Part shown: in pieces, positions 34,448-44,147 of the stretch
Layout of the letters: each line of letters opens with the position of its first letter
How positions within the stretch are numbered: the stretch's first letter is position 1
Assembly: GCA_040753775.1 (NCBI GenBank)
Contig: JBFMDT010000004.1
Coordinates: forward strand, 1 to 56,592
DNA: 56,592 nt
DNA from: Nanobdellota archaeon
GTDB lineage: Archaea > Nanobdellota > Nanobdellia > SCGC-AAA011-G17 > JAFCDX01
Direction of reading: 5' to 3'
Notes under the pieces: generated by a model
What the model saw: the letters and a program-made list of their open reading frames with translations, nothing else
Told to the model about the DNA's origin: nothing
Database searches by the model: none
Translations under genes and position numbers: made by a program

Positions 34448-35746
34448 ATGAAGGAAACAATAAAAGAGGGTGATCTCATAGAAGTTCTTTCTGATTTAGG
34501 GACAACAAAAGGAATTTTAATGCCATCCCAAGACCCAAATATTCTTATACTAAAGCTAGACTCTGGTTACAATATAGCTATAAAAAAGGATATCATCAAA
34601 AAAATAAAATTGCTCAAGAAATTTGTGCCAAAGGAAAAGCAGCAAAAGCCAAAAATAGAGTTCAATAAGGAGCTTCCTACAATATCCTTGCTTCATACAG
34701 GTGGAACAATAGCCTCAAAAGTAGATTATAGAACAGGGGCAGTAACAACAGCAACAACACCAGAAGAAATACTTGAAAAATTTCCTGAATTAAAAAAAAT
34801 AGCTAACCTAAGGTCGAGGTTGGTATTTCAGATGTTTTCAGAAGACTTTGAGCCAGAGCATTGGCAGATACTAGCAAGAGAGATAGAAAAAGAGCTAAAA
34901 ACCTCAGATGGGGTAATTGTAACCCATGGCACAGACACTATGCATTATACCTCAGCTGCCCTCTCTTTTATGCTTCAGGACCTTCCAAAACCAGTAATTT
35001 TAGTTGGCTCCCAAAGAAGCTCTGATAGGGGCTCAAGTGACGCATTCCTTAACTTGATATGTGCTGCAAGGTTTATAGCAAACAGCAATTATGCAGGCGT
35101 TGCTGTATGTATGCATAAGTCAATGAGCGACGACTACAGCTACATCCATAAGGGAACAAAGGTAAGGAAATTGCACACGAGCAGAAGAGATGCATTTAAA
35201 TCAGTTAATGACCGCCCAATAGCAGAAGTAAGCATGGATGGCAAAATAACCTTCTTGAGCACAGATTACCCAAAAAAAGAAAATAAAAAATTACAGGTTA
35301 TAGATAAATTTGATAGGAAATTAGCGTTAGTGAAGATGCATCCTGGTTTTAATTACAAGGAGCTGGAATTTTATTACAAGAATAATTACAGCGGCATTGT
35401 TATAGAAGGTACTGGCCTTGGCCATATACCTATTAATACTCTTGACAAATTTACAAAGGACCATAAAACCACCCTTAACCTTGTAAAGGATATATCTAAA
35501 AAAATACCGATAGTAATAACATCCCAGTGCATTTTTGGAAGAATCAACTTAAATGTATACTCAACAGGCAGGGATTTGATAAGTGCAGGGGTTATTTCAG
35601 GGGAAGACATGACTCCGGAAACAGCATACGTAAAACTTGGTTGGCTTCTTGCTCAGACAAAAGATTTGCAAAAAATAAGGGAAATGATGCATAAAAACAT
35701 TGCCGGGGAAATTACAGAAAAGACAGGGATAGAGTTTTTGGAATAA
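34448..35746 (+). CDS. gatD: Glu-tRNA(Gln) amidotransferase subunit D
   Basis: GatD-specific N-domain, then asparaginase-type motifs HTGGTIAS and HGTDTM. 432 aa. Confidence 0.9.
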   Translation: MKETIKEGDLIEVLSDLGTTKGILMPSQDPNILILKLDSGYNIAIKKDIIKKIKLLKKFVPKEKQQKPKIEFNKELPTISLLHTGGTIASKVDYRTGAVTTATTPEEILEKFPELKKIANLRSRLVFQMFSEDFEPEHWQILAREIEKELKTSDGVIVTHGTDTMHYTSAALSFMLQDLPKPVILVGSQRSSDRGSSDAFLNLICAARFIANSNYAGVAVCMHKSMSDDYSYIHKGTKVRKLHTSRRDAFKSVNDRPIAEVSMDGKITFLSTDYPKKENKKLQVIDKFDRKLALVKMHPGFNYKELEFYYKNNYSGIVIEGTGLGHIPINTLDKFTKDHKTTLNLVKDISKKIPIVITSQCIFGRINLNVYSTGRDLISAGVISGEDMTPETAYVKLGWLLAQTKDLQKIREMMHKNIAGEITEKTGIEFLE

Positions 35747-35994
35747 TGATAACAATCAAGGAGCTATTAAACAAGATAAAATGGGGCTTAGAAAACCAAA
35801 AAGAATATTCACTATTTTATATAGACCGAATAACTAAAAAGCTCAGAGAAATAAGGTACAATGACATAAAAGACAATGATGCTGTATTTATCACCCTGAA
35901 AGATGCTACACAAATACCACTGCATAGGATAGTGCAGGTAAAAAAAGAAAACAAGTTGGTATGGGAAAGAAATGCTAAACTACAAAAAACTTAA
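35746..35994 (+). CDS. MJ1316/DUF504-domain protein
   Basis: LLNKIKW...YIDR...IPLHRIVQV...LVWER fits the DUF504 pattern (W, DR, IP.HRI, W.R). TAATG overlap with gatD and a 23-nt overlap with gatE. Confidence 0.6.
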   Translation: MITIKELLNKIKWGLENQKEYSLFYIDRITKKLREIRYNDIKDNDAVFITLKDATQIPLHRIVQVKKENKLVWERNAKLQKT

Positions 35995-37408
35995 TTTTAA
36001 GTGCGGGCTTGAAATACACCAGCAATTGAATACAAAAAAATTATTCTGCAGTTGCTCTTCCAGCTTAAACGAAAAAGAGTTGCAGGTTGAGGTAAAGAGA
36101 AAGATAAAGGCAGCAGCAGGAGAGTTTGGAAACATAGACATAGCAGCCAAGTTTGAGCAGGCAAAAGACCTTAATTTAATCTACCATGGTTATACAAATG
36201 AATACTGTCTCATTGACCTAGATGAAGAGCCGATACACTACATAAATCATGAATCCCTGAAAACAGCCCTTGAATTGGCAACCCTACTAAAAATGAAAAT
36301 CCCCCCGGTATTGCAGGTTATGAGAAAAATAGTTATTGATGGCTCTGCTATAAGCTCTTTTCAGAGAACAGTCCAGATTGGTTTGGAAAGCGAAAATTCC
36401 TTTATTGAAAGCTCCAAAGGCAGGGTAAGGATAAGCAGCTTATGCCTCGAAGAAGATTCTTGCAAGATTGTGTCCAATGTAGGCAATACAGTCATTTATT
36501 CCCTATCAAGAATAGGCATACCTTTGATTGAGCTAAGGACAGAACCAGATATCCAGGATCCAGTACATGCAAAAGAGATTGCTGAGTATCTTGGCATGGT
36601 ATTAAGGAGCTTTGATGCAGTAAAGCGCGGCATTGGAACAATAAGACAGGATGTTAACTTATCAATAAAAAACATGGCAAGAGTGGAAATAAAGGGTTTT
36701 CAGGACCTTAAGTCAATGCCAAAAATAATAGAAAGGGAAGTAAAAAGGCAGTTGGACTTGCTGAGAAGGAGGCAAAAGCTAAGACCAGAAGTAAGAAAGG
36801 CTAATGAAGATTTAACAACAACCTTTCTAAGGCCAATGCCAGGCTCTTCAAGGATGTATCCTGAATCAGATCACCACTTAATTTTTATAACAGAAAAAAT
36901 GCTTTCAGAGTTAAAACTTCCTGAGTTGATTGTGGAAAAGACACTAAAGCTTGCAAAGAAATATAAAATAAGCTCCGAATTAGCAACCCAGCTTATAAAA
37001 GAGAATAAGCAGCAGTTATTTGAAAGTCTTGTTAAGCTCAAGGTAGATCCATCCTTAGTTGCAAATACGCTTATCCTAATGCTTAAGGATATTAAAAGCA
37101 GATATAACCTAGACACCAATAAACTAAATGAGGGTGACCTTGAATTTTTGTTTAAGAATATTACTCAAAATAAAATAAGCAAGAACGCAATTGAAAATGT
37201 TTTGATAGACATGGTGAAAGGCAAAAAGATTGATCTGGCTAACTACAAAGAAATTCCAGAAACCCAGCTAATAAAAGAAATCAAAAAATTAATTTGGGAA
37301 AATACAGAAGCCCAAATAAATGCCTTGATGGGCATAATAATGGATAAATACAGGGGAAGGGTTGATGGAAAAAGGGTTATGGAATTATTGCAGAAATTAA
37401 AGCAATAA
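35972..37408 (+). CDS. gatE: Glu-tRNA(Gln) amidotransferase subunit E, compact form
   Basis: CGLEIHQQLNTKKLFCSC, DLDEEP, MRKIVIDGSAISSFQRT, LEEDS, RIGIPLIEL, GTIRQDVNLSI, EIKGFQ. 478 aa, against the roughly 600+ aa I expect for GatE. Confidence 0.8.
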   Translation: MLNYKKLNFKCGLEIHQQLNTKKLFCSCSSSLNEKELQVEVKRKIKAAAGEFGNIDIAAKFEQAKDLNLIYHGYTNEYCLIDLDEEPIHYINHESLKTALELATLLKMKIPPVLQVMRKIVIDGSAISSFQRTVQIGLESENSFIESSKGRVRISSLCLEEDSCKIVSNVGNTVIYSLSRIGIPLIELRTEPDIQDPVHAKEIAEYLGMVLRSFDAVKRGIGTIRQDVNLSIKNMARVEIKGFQDLKSMPKIIEREVKRQLDLLRRRQKLRPEVRKANEDLTTTFLRPMPGSSRMYPESDHHLIFITEKMLSELKLPELIVEKTLKLAKKYKISSELATQLIKENKQQLFESLVKLKVDPSLVANTLILMLKDIKSRYNLDTNKLNEGDLEFLFKNITQNKISKNAIENVLIDMVKGKKIDLANYKEIPETQLIKEIKKLIWENTEAQINALMGIIMDKYRGRVDGKRVMELLQKLKQ

Positions 37409-37439
37409 ACTTATAAACCTTATTTTATTTGTTTTCTTT

Positions 37440-37997
37440 ATGTTAAAGGGTTTTGATAAAATAAGAAAAGAGTTAAAGAATTTTGAAAAAGATAGAGAAA
37501 CACTAATAAATAATTCTCGTTCAATAATTCAACTTTCTAAAAGAATAATATATGCTATACATAAGGGCGAAGTAGGTAAAATAGCGTCTTTAATTGGCGA
37601 AATAAAAAATAAAATAAAAAAAATACCAAAAAAATCTTATGATACAGATATGGGAAAAGTTGCGTTGCAGGAATACGCCGAAGCAGTATGTTATTACGAA
37701 TTTGTTAAATACAACAGAATTCCATCTGCACAAGAATTAAAGATAGACATCGAACCATATTTGCTTGGCTTATTTGATTTAACAGGAGAGCTTGTAAGAA
37801 AGGCAGTTAATGATGTTATTAAAAAGAAATTTAAGGATGTCAACAGAATCAAAAAATTAGTTGAAGAGATTTACGGAGAAGTCTTAAAGCTTGACTTAAG
37901 AAATGGCGAATTGAGAAAGAAGTCAGATGCAATAAAATGGAATTTAAAAAAGCTCGAGGACATTGTTTTTAGCATTAATGTTAAGGAAATGATCTAA
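37440..37997 (+). CDS. translin-family protein
   Basis: LQEYAEAVCYYEF ... YLLGLFDLTGELVRKAV matches the translin/TRAX core pattern. Confidence 0.65.
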   Translation: MLKGFDKIRKELKNFEKDRETLINNSRSIIQLSKRIIYAIHKGEVGKIASLIGEIKNKIKKIPKKSYDTDMGKVALQEYAEAVCYYEFVKYNRIPSAQELKIDIEPYLLGLFDLTGELVRKAVNDVIKKKFKDVNRIKKLVEEIYGEVLKLDLRNGELRKKSDAIKWNLKKLEDIVFSINVKEMI

Positions 37998-39317
37998 TCA
38001 ACCCCCAACAATCTTGATCTTTGGAAATAAAATTAAGGGTGCATAATAACCATTGCCGTAATATTTTATTTCTTTTCCTATTGCTTCTACCTTTTTGATT
38101 AATTCATAAAAATTACCTACAAGCATTGCATCCTTAACAGGAAACTTTATCTCTCCATCTTTTACATAATGTCCTTCTACCATGCCTAAGCTAAAATCCC
38201 CAGTTGCTTGATTCATAGTATGCCCGCCAAGAAGATATTTAACGTACAACCCTTCATCTACCATGCTTAACAATTGCTCTTCTGTTTTATTTCCCTTATT
38301 TAATATCAGGTTCGTAGTAGCAATTTTAGGTGTTGTATCAACAGACCTGAATGCATTGCCAGTACTTTTCTTATTTTCAATGTTTGCTGTATATGTATCA
38401 TAAACAAAATTTTTTAAAACACCATTTTTAATTATAACTATTTTTTGGCTTGGAACTCCCTCATCATCAGCACTTCTTGTATTTATTAGGCCGGGCTTCA
38501 AACCATTGTCCACAATTGTCAATTTTTCATCGGCAATCTTTTTGTTTAACTTGTTTATAAATATTGATTTTTTCTTCTGCACATTTTCAGCATTTATAGA
38601 GAATTCAAAAGTATTATCCAATAGGTCTCTTAATGCATTTGGATGCAATAGCAACTGCATTTCACCACTATTTACCCTTTTCTTCCCGAACAACCCATTT
38701 AATCTATCCACGCATTCTTTAACCCTTTTGTCAAGTTTATTTATAGTCAAGAAATCAACGCTATCCTCGCCAAACTCCATAACCTCATTATTCAATTTTA
38801 ATTCATAACCTATGCTATTTGTAGCTAATTTATGTTCAAAGTCTATCCCATTAGTGTTAATAATCCTGATTTTAGATATTATTTTTGAATAGAAACCCCT
38901 TGTTAGTTCTACCCCTTTATTATAACTCTTTATTTTATTAATAATTTCCGTATTTAATTTGCAAAGGTCTTCAGCGTTAAAGCTCAGAAGTTCCTTTTTA
39001 TAAGGCACTATTCTTTTGTATTTGTCAGGAAACGCAAAGTCCTTGAAACTCTTGTCTTTATTGCTTACTTTTGCTATAGCTATTGCCTTATCAATGCATT
39101 CCTTATAATTATTAACATCAAAGCTGCTCGCACATCCTATTTTATTATCAATAACAACCCTAATTCCAAATCCAGAACTTTTTCCTTCTGACATATAATC
39201 AAAGCTTTTCTTTCCTAAGCTACTATTCAAAGACTCACTCTCAACATAATAGAGCTCATACTTCTTAGCCTTGCTTTTTATATAATTGTTAATTTTATTT
39301 ATCACCCTTACCACCAA
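37998..39317 (-). CDS. pmbA: PmbA/TldE-type modulator protein (TldD/PmbA family, no HExxxH)
   Basis: TldD/PmbA-family C-terminal pattern (GDFSLGMVEGHYVKDGEI...PVKDAM). Overlaps and follows tldD. Confidence 0.75.
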   Translation of the reverse strand: MVVRVINKINNYIKSKAKKYELYYVESESLNSSLGKKSFDYMSEGKSSGFGIRVVIDNKIGCASSFDVNNYKECIDKAIAIAKVSNKDKSFKDFAFPDKYKRIVPYKKELLSFNAEDLCKLNTEIINKIKSYNKGVELTRGFYSKIISKIRIINTNGIDFEHKLATNSIGYELKLNNEVMEFGEDSVDFLTINKLDKRVKECVDRLNGLFGKKRVNSGEMQLLLHPNALRDLLDNTFEFSINAENVQKKKSIFINKLNKKIADEKLTIVDNGLKPGLINTRSADDEGVPSQKIVIIKNGVLKNFVYDTYTANIENKKSTGNAFRSVDTTPKIATTNLILNKGNKTEEQLLSMVDEGLYVKYLLGGHTMNQATGDFSLGMVEGHYVKDGEIKFPVKDAMLVGNFYELIKKVEAIGKEIKYYGNGYYAPLILFPKIKIVGG

Positions 39318-40665
39318 CCTTAGCTAAGTCTATCTTTATGTGCGGAGCATTTTCTGAAACAGGAACAAATTGGTTGTCCTTTCCACAATATCCACTTCCT
39401 CCGCCCAAGTCCTTGGCAACCAAGCTTATTTTTTGCAATATATCTAAAATATTTCCTATTAATGAAGCAGTCTTGACCCTTTTGCTTATCCTGCCATTCT
39501 CTATCAAAAATCCTTCCTGTGCATTAAACAAAAACTCGCCTGTTATTGGATTTACCTCCCCACCCATAGAACCCTTTAAATAGTACCCATGCTTTATCTC
39601 TTTCAGCATTTCATCAAAACTTGAATCCCCTCTTTCTATAATAGTATTTGTCATTCTTGGCATAGCCTTGCTTGATAAATTCATTGCCCTTCCATTTCCA
39701 GTTGGTTCCATATTAAGCAAGGAAGCTGTTTCTCTGCTGTGTAAATATCCCTTTAAAATGCCATTTTCTATAAGTATGTTCCTTTTTCCAATTACCCCTT
39801 CATTATCAAATGGTGTATAGCCCCACTTTATAAACGAGCCATCATCAGCAATAGTAACCTTATCGCTTGCAACTTTTTTATTTAATTTGCCTACAAAAAC
39901 AGAATTATTTTTTATAATATGGTCGGCTTCGCATGCATGCCCAACAGCCTCATGGGCAAATACTCCAGCAAGCTTTTGGTTAATTATAACAGGAAACTCG
40001 CCGCCCTTTGCAAATTCAGCCCTTAACAGCTCTTTTGCCTTGACCATCGCCTCATTTACTACAGCACCATACCTTTCCATTATTTCATATCCACAATGCT
40101 CTCTTTCAGGTTTCAAAAAATTCTCTATCTTATTCCCTTCTTTTGCATAAGCCCATACAAATAAGCCGCTCATATAGTCATTTAACTCAAGGTCCCTGCC
40201 TTCAGAATTGATAAAACAATATTTCTTATTAAAGTCAGCATAATTTATATTAATCATGCTTATCTTTGGAAGAATTTCAAATTTTAATAAGTTATTTTTC
40301 TTGTCTTCTATATTAATATCATTTGGATTTATCTTGCACTTAACACTAAACTTCTTCTTTATAGGAGCAAACTCTTTTAGCCTTACATTTGGGTTTTCTT
40401 TGCTTAGCACTTTAGCAATCTTTATAGCCTTATCAATTAACAGTTTAAATTCATTTTTATTGGAGTAAGCGCTCCCAAATGCACCTTTGTAAAGCACTCT
40501 TGCAGAAAATCCTTTTATATTGCTAAATGATAGCTCTTTGGTATCCTTATTCTGAAGCTCTATATTTGTTTGTTTAGTTTCTATACTGTGAATTTCTGCA
40601 TAATCAGCCCCTTTTTTTTGTGCATATCTAATGAAATTATCCATAACTAAGTACCTCATCTCCAA
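39295..40665 (-). CDS. tldD: TldD-type metallopeptidase
   Basis: HEAVGHACEAD (HExxxH) plus GxC...GGEVNPITGEF family motifs. Confidence 0.8.
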   Translation of the reverse strand: MEMRYLVMDNFIRYAQKKGADYAEIHSIETKQTNIELQNKDTKELSFSNIKGFSARVLYKGAFGSAYSNKNEFKLLIDKAIKIAKVLSKENPNVRLKEFAPIKKKFSVKCKINPNDINIEDKKNNLLKFEILPKISMININYADFNKKYCFINSEGRDLELNDYMSGLFVWAYAKEGNKIENFLKPEREHCGYEIMERYGAVVNEAMVKAKELLRAEFAKGGEFPVIINQKLAGVFAHEAVGHACEADHIIKNNSVFVGKLNKKVASDKVTIADDGSFIKWGYTPFDNEGVIGKRNILIENGILKGYLHSRETASLLNMEPTGNGRAMNLSSKAMPRMTNTIIERGDSSFDEMLKEIKHGYYLKGSMGGEVNPITGEFLFNAQEGFLIENGRISKRVKTASLIGNILDILQKISLVAKDLGGGSGYCGKDNQFVPVSENAPHIKIDLAKVGGKGDK

Positions 40666-40750
40666 TTTATAAATTTAATCAATAGCACTTAGAAACATTT
40701 ATATAACATACCTTTATTAAAGTACTTATACTAAAGATATAGGTGATATT

Positions 40751-42499
40751 ATGCTAGAAACTTCATTTAGAACCAATACATGCGGGGAATTAAATAATAA
40801 AAATATAAACAATAAAGTAAAACTGTCTGGATTTGTTCATGCAAGAAGGGATCATGGCGGTGTTATTTTTATTGACCTTAGAGACAGATATGGCATTACT
40901 CAAATAGTCTTTAACCCTGACAAAAAAGAGCTCTTTAAAGAAGCTGACAAATTAAGGAGGGAAGATGTAGTGCAGATAGAAGGAATTGTTAAAGCAAGGC
41001 CAAAAGGCATGGAAAACCCTTCTTTAGCAACTGGTTCTATTGAGGTTTTTGTTGATAAGCTGAATATTCTAAACAAAGTTGAAACTCCACCTTTGGAAGT
41101 GGAAGATAGAATAGAAGTTAGCGAGGATGTTAGACTGAAATACAGGTACCTTGATTTAAGAAGGCCAAAAATGCAGCAAAATCTTTTGACAAGGCATAAA
41201 TTAATTAAGGTTATAAGAAATTATTTTGATTCTTTAAATTTTATTGATGTAGAAACTCCTATATTAACAAAATCAACGCCAGAAGGAGCCCGTGATTACC
41301 TCGTTCCAAGCAGAGTTAACCCCGGAAAGTTTTATGCACTGCCGCAAAGCCCGCAGTTGTTTAAGCAGATACTGATGGTTGCTGGTTATGATAGATATTA
41401 CCAGATTGCAAGATGCTTCAGGGATGAAGACTTAAGGGCAGATAGGCAGCCAGAATTTACACAGCTTGACATTGAGATGAGTTTTATTGATGAAGATGAT
41501 ATCTACAAAACAATGGAAGGCTTGATGAAAAAGCTCTTAAAAGAACTTCTTAACAAAGACATCAAAATACCATTCAAAAAAATGTCCTACAAAGAGGCGA
41601 TGGATAAATATGGTACAGACAAGCCAGATTTGAGATTTGGTTTGGAGTTGGTTGACGTAACAGATCTTTGTAAAAAATCAGATTTTAATGTTTTCAAAAA
41701 TGCAGAGTTGATTAAATGCCTGAAGGTTAAATTTAATTTTTCAAGGACGGATATAGATGATTTAACTAAGTTTGTAACAACCTATGGAGCAAAAGGTCTG
41801 GCTTATGTAAAAATAGAAAAAAACTTTGAAGGAAATCTCTCAAAATTCTTCAGTGAAAAGCTTCAAAAAGAGATTATTAAAAAGACCAATGCTTTGAAAG
41901 GAGATATCTTATTTTTTATTGCAGACAACAGGAAAATAACAAATGCAGCTATGTCTGGCTTAAGGCTTGAAATAGGAAAAAGGCTAAAACTGGTAAAAGA
42001 TGAGTTTAACTTTTGCTGGGTTGTTGATTTTCCTTTATTGGAATTTAGCGAAGAAGAAAATAAGTTAGCAAGCGTTCATCATCCTTTTACTTCCCCCAAG
42101 GATGAAGATGTAAAATTATTAAGCAAAGAGCCTGAAAAAGTAAGGGCAAAAGCATACGACTTAGTGTTAAATGGAACAGAAATAGGTGGCGGCTCAATAA
42201 GAATTCATAATCCGAAATTGCAGGAGGAAGTATTTAAAGTTCTTGGAATAAGCAAGGAAGATGCTAAAAAAAGATTTGGTTTTCTCCTCGATGCACTGAA
42301 GTTTGCAGTTCCTCATGGCGGAATAGCCTTTGGCATAGACAGGTTAGCAGCAATACTTACAGGAAATGATTCAATAAGAGAAGTGATTGCATTTCCAAAG
42401 AACAAGGAAGCAAAATGCCTTATGACTGGAGCTCCTTCAGATGTTGATGAAAAACAATTAAAGGAGTTGCATTTAAAAACTGATTTTGTTAAGAAATGA
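40751..42499 (+). CDS. aspS: aspartyl-tRNA synthetase, bacterial-type (with GAD insertion domain)
   Basis: OB-fold N-domain, class II motifs (FRDEDLRADRQPEFTQLD, GGGSIRIH, GIAFGIDRL), and a GAD-like insert (DKPDLRFGLELVDVTDL...YGAKGLAYVKI). 582 aa. Confidence 0.9.
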   Translation: MLETSFRTNTCGELNNKNINNKVKLSGFVHARRDHGGVIFIDLRDRYGITQIVFNPDKKELFKEADKLRREDVVQIEGIVKARPKGMENPSLATGSIEVFVDKLNILNKVETPPLEVEDRIEVSEDVRLKYRYLDLRRPKMQQNLLTRHKLIKVIRNYFDSLNFIDVETPILTKSTPEGARDYLVPSRVNPGKFYALPQSPQLFKQILMVAGYDRYYQIARCFRDEDLRADRQPEFTQLDIEMSFIDEDDIYKTMEGLMKKLLKELLNKDIKIPFKKMSYKEAMDKYGTDKPDLRFGLELVDVTDLCKKSDFNVFKNAELIKCLKVKFNFSRTDIDDLTKFVTTYGAKGLAYVKIEKNFEGNLSKFFSEKLQKEIIKKTNALKGDILFFIADNRKITNAAMSGLRLEIGKRLKLVKDEFNFCWVVDFPLLEFSEEENKLASVHHPFTSPKDEDVKLLSKEPEKVRAKAYDLVLNGTEIGGGSIRIHNPKLQEEVFKVLGISKEDAKKRFGFLLDALKFAVPHGGIAFGIDRLAAILTGNDSIREVIAFPKNKEAKCLMTGAPSDVDEKQLKELHLKTDFVKK

Positions 42500-42780
42500 A
42501 AATAGACAAGGAATTGCTCTTAAATATTGCTAAAAATGCAAGATTGAATTTAACTGAAGATGAAATAAATAAATTTATGCCTCAGCTAAAAGAGATTCTT
42601 GAAGCCTTTTCTAAGCTAGACAAAGCTGTTACAAAAAATGTCAAGCCAAGTTTTCAGCCAATAGAAATGAAAAATATTTACAGGGAAGATAGGGTTGAGC
42701 CAAGTTTAAAACAAGAAGAAGCATTAAGCAATACAGAGCACAAAGCTAAAGGCTATTTTAAGGGTCCTAAAACAATATGA
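42496..42780 (+). CDS. gatC: Asp/Glu-tRNA amidotransferase subunit C
   Basis: 94 aa with the ARLNLTEDEI...F...L..IL..F..L pattern. ATGA overlaps on both sides. Confidence 0.85.
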   Translation: MKIDKELLLNIAKNARLNLTEDEINKFMPQLKEILEAFSKLDKAVTKNVKPSFQPIEMKNIYREDRVEPSLKQEEALSNTEHKAKGYFKGPKTI

Positions 42781-44147
42781 AAATTTTTGATTTTATTCAA
42801 GATGTTAAAAATAAATCTTTAGACATAGTTGAGCATACTTATAAAGTTCTTGAAGAAGCTAAAAAAATAAACAAGGAGTATAATTATTTTAATACAATTA
42901 GCGAAGAGCTTGCAATAGAGCAAGCCAAGGCTGTGCAAAAAGCTCCAAGAGGAAAGCTAGCAGGGTTGCCGGTAAGCGTGAAGGACTGTATTTGTGTTAA
43001 AAGCGTAGAAAGCACAGCAGGAAGCAAAATACTAAAGAATTACAAGCCAGTGTTTAATGCAACAGCTGTTCAAAGAGCAATTGATGAAGGAGCAATCATA
43101 ATAGGTAAAACAGCCCAGGATGAATTTGGCTTTGGCTCTTTCTCATGCAATGTTGGAATAGACTTTAAAATTCCTTTAAATCCATTTGATAAAAATAGGG
43201 TCTGCGGGGGTTCAAGTGGTGGAGCAGCAGGAATCACACAATTAGCCAAATTTCCACATATTGCATTGGCAGAAAGCACTGGTGGTTCTATAGTTAATCC
43301 TGCTTCATTCTGCGGTGTTATTGGTTTATGCCCTACTTACGGTTTGGTTTCTAGGTATGGGTTGATAGATTATGCAGATAGTCTTGACAAGATTGGGGTA
43401 ATGGCAAAGGAAATAGAAGATGTGGATCTAATGTTAAATGTAATAAAAGGAAATGATAGAAAAGATGCAACTAGTTTAAAACAAGATACAAATAAAGATA
43501 AAACAATAAAGAAAGTTGCCTTGATAAAAGAAAGCCTTGATGTTGATAAGGAAATTAAAGAAATAATTTTGAGTAATTTAGATAATTTAAAAATAAAATA
43601 TGAAAAAATCTCTCTTCCATTAACAGCAAAATACGGGATTCCATGCTATTATATTATTGCAATGTCAGAGGCAAGCACAAACTTAGCTAGATACTGCGGA
43701 ATAAAATATGGGCTACATGAAGAACTGAAAGGTAATTTTGATGAATATTTCAGCAACGTAAGAAGCAAAGGTTTTGGAGAAGAAACTAAAAGAAGAATAA
43801 TCTTAGGGACATTTGCAAGAATGGCTGGTTACAGGGACAAGTATTATTCAAAAGCAATGCAAGTAAGAACATTAATTATTCAGGAGTATAAAAAGGCCTT
43901 TTCAAAGTACGACCTGCTTGTTAGCCCAACCATGCCAATTATTGCCCCTAAATTCTTTGATGCTGCAAAGCTAACACCATTACAGAATTATATGATGGAT
44001 ACCTTAACTGTAGGTCCAAATCTAGCTGGTTTGCCCCATATCACTCTCAATGCCAGCCTTTTGCAAAAAATGCCTGTTGGTATAATGTTTATTGCAAATC
44101 ATTTAGATGAAAATAAATTGATTGCTGTTGGAGAGAAATTAAGATGA
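42777..44147 (+). CDS. gatA: Asp/Glu-tRNA amidotransferase subunit A
   Basis: Amidase signature GLPVSVKD...GGSSGGAAG...ESTGGSI. Confidence 0.9.
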   Translation: MKIFDFIQDVKNKSLDIVEHTYKVLEEAKKINKEYNYFNTISEELAIEQAKAVQKAPRGKLAGLPVSVKDCICVKSVESTAGSKILKNYKPVFNATAVQRAIDEGAIIIGKTAQDEFGFGSFSCNVGIDFKIPLNPFDKNRVCGGSSGGAAGITQLAKFPHIALAESTGGSIVNPASFCGVIGLCPTYGLVSRYGLIDYADSLDKIGVMAKEIEDVDLMLNVIKGNDRKDATSLKQDTNKDKTIKKVALIKESLDVDKEIKEIILSNLDNLKIKYEKISLPLTAKYGIPCYYIIAMSEASTNLARYCGIKYGLHEELKGNFDEYFSNVRSKGFGEETKRRIILGTFARMAGYRDKYYSKAMQVRTLIIQEYKKAFSKYDLLVSPTMPIIAPKFFDAAKLTPLQNYMMDTLTVGPNLAGLPHITLNASLLQKMPVGIMFIANHLDENKLIAVGEKLR

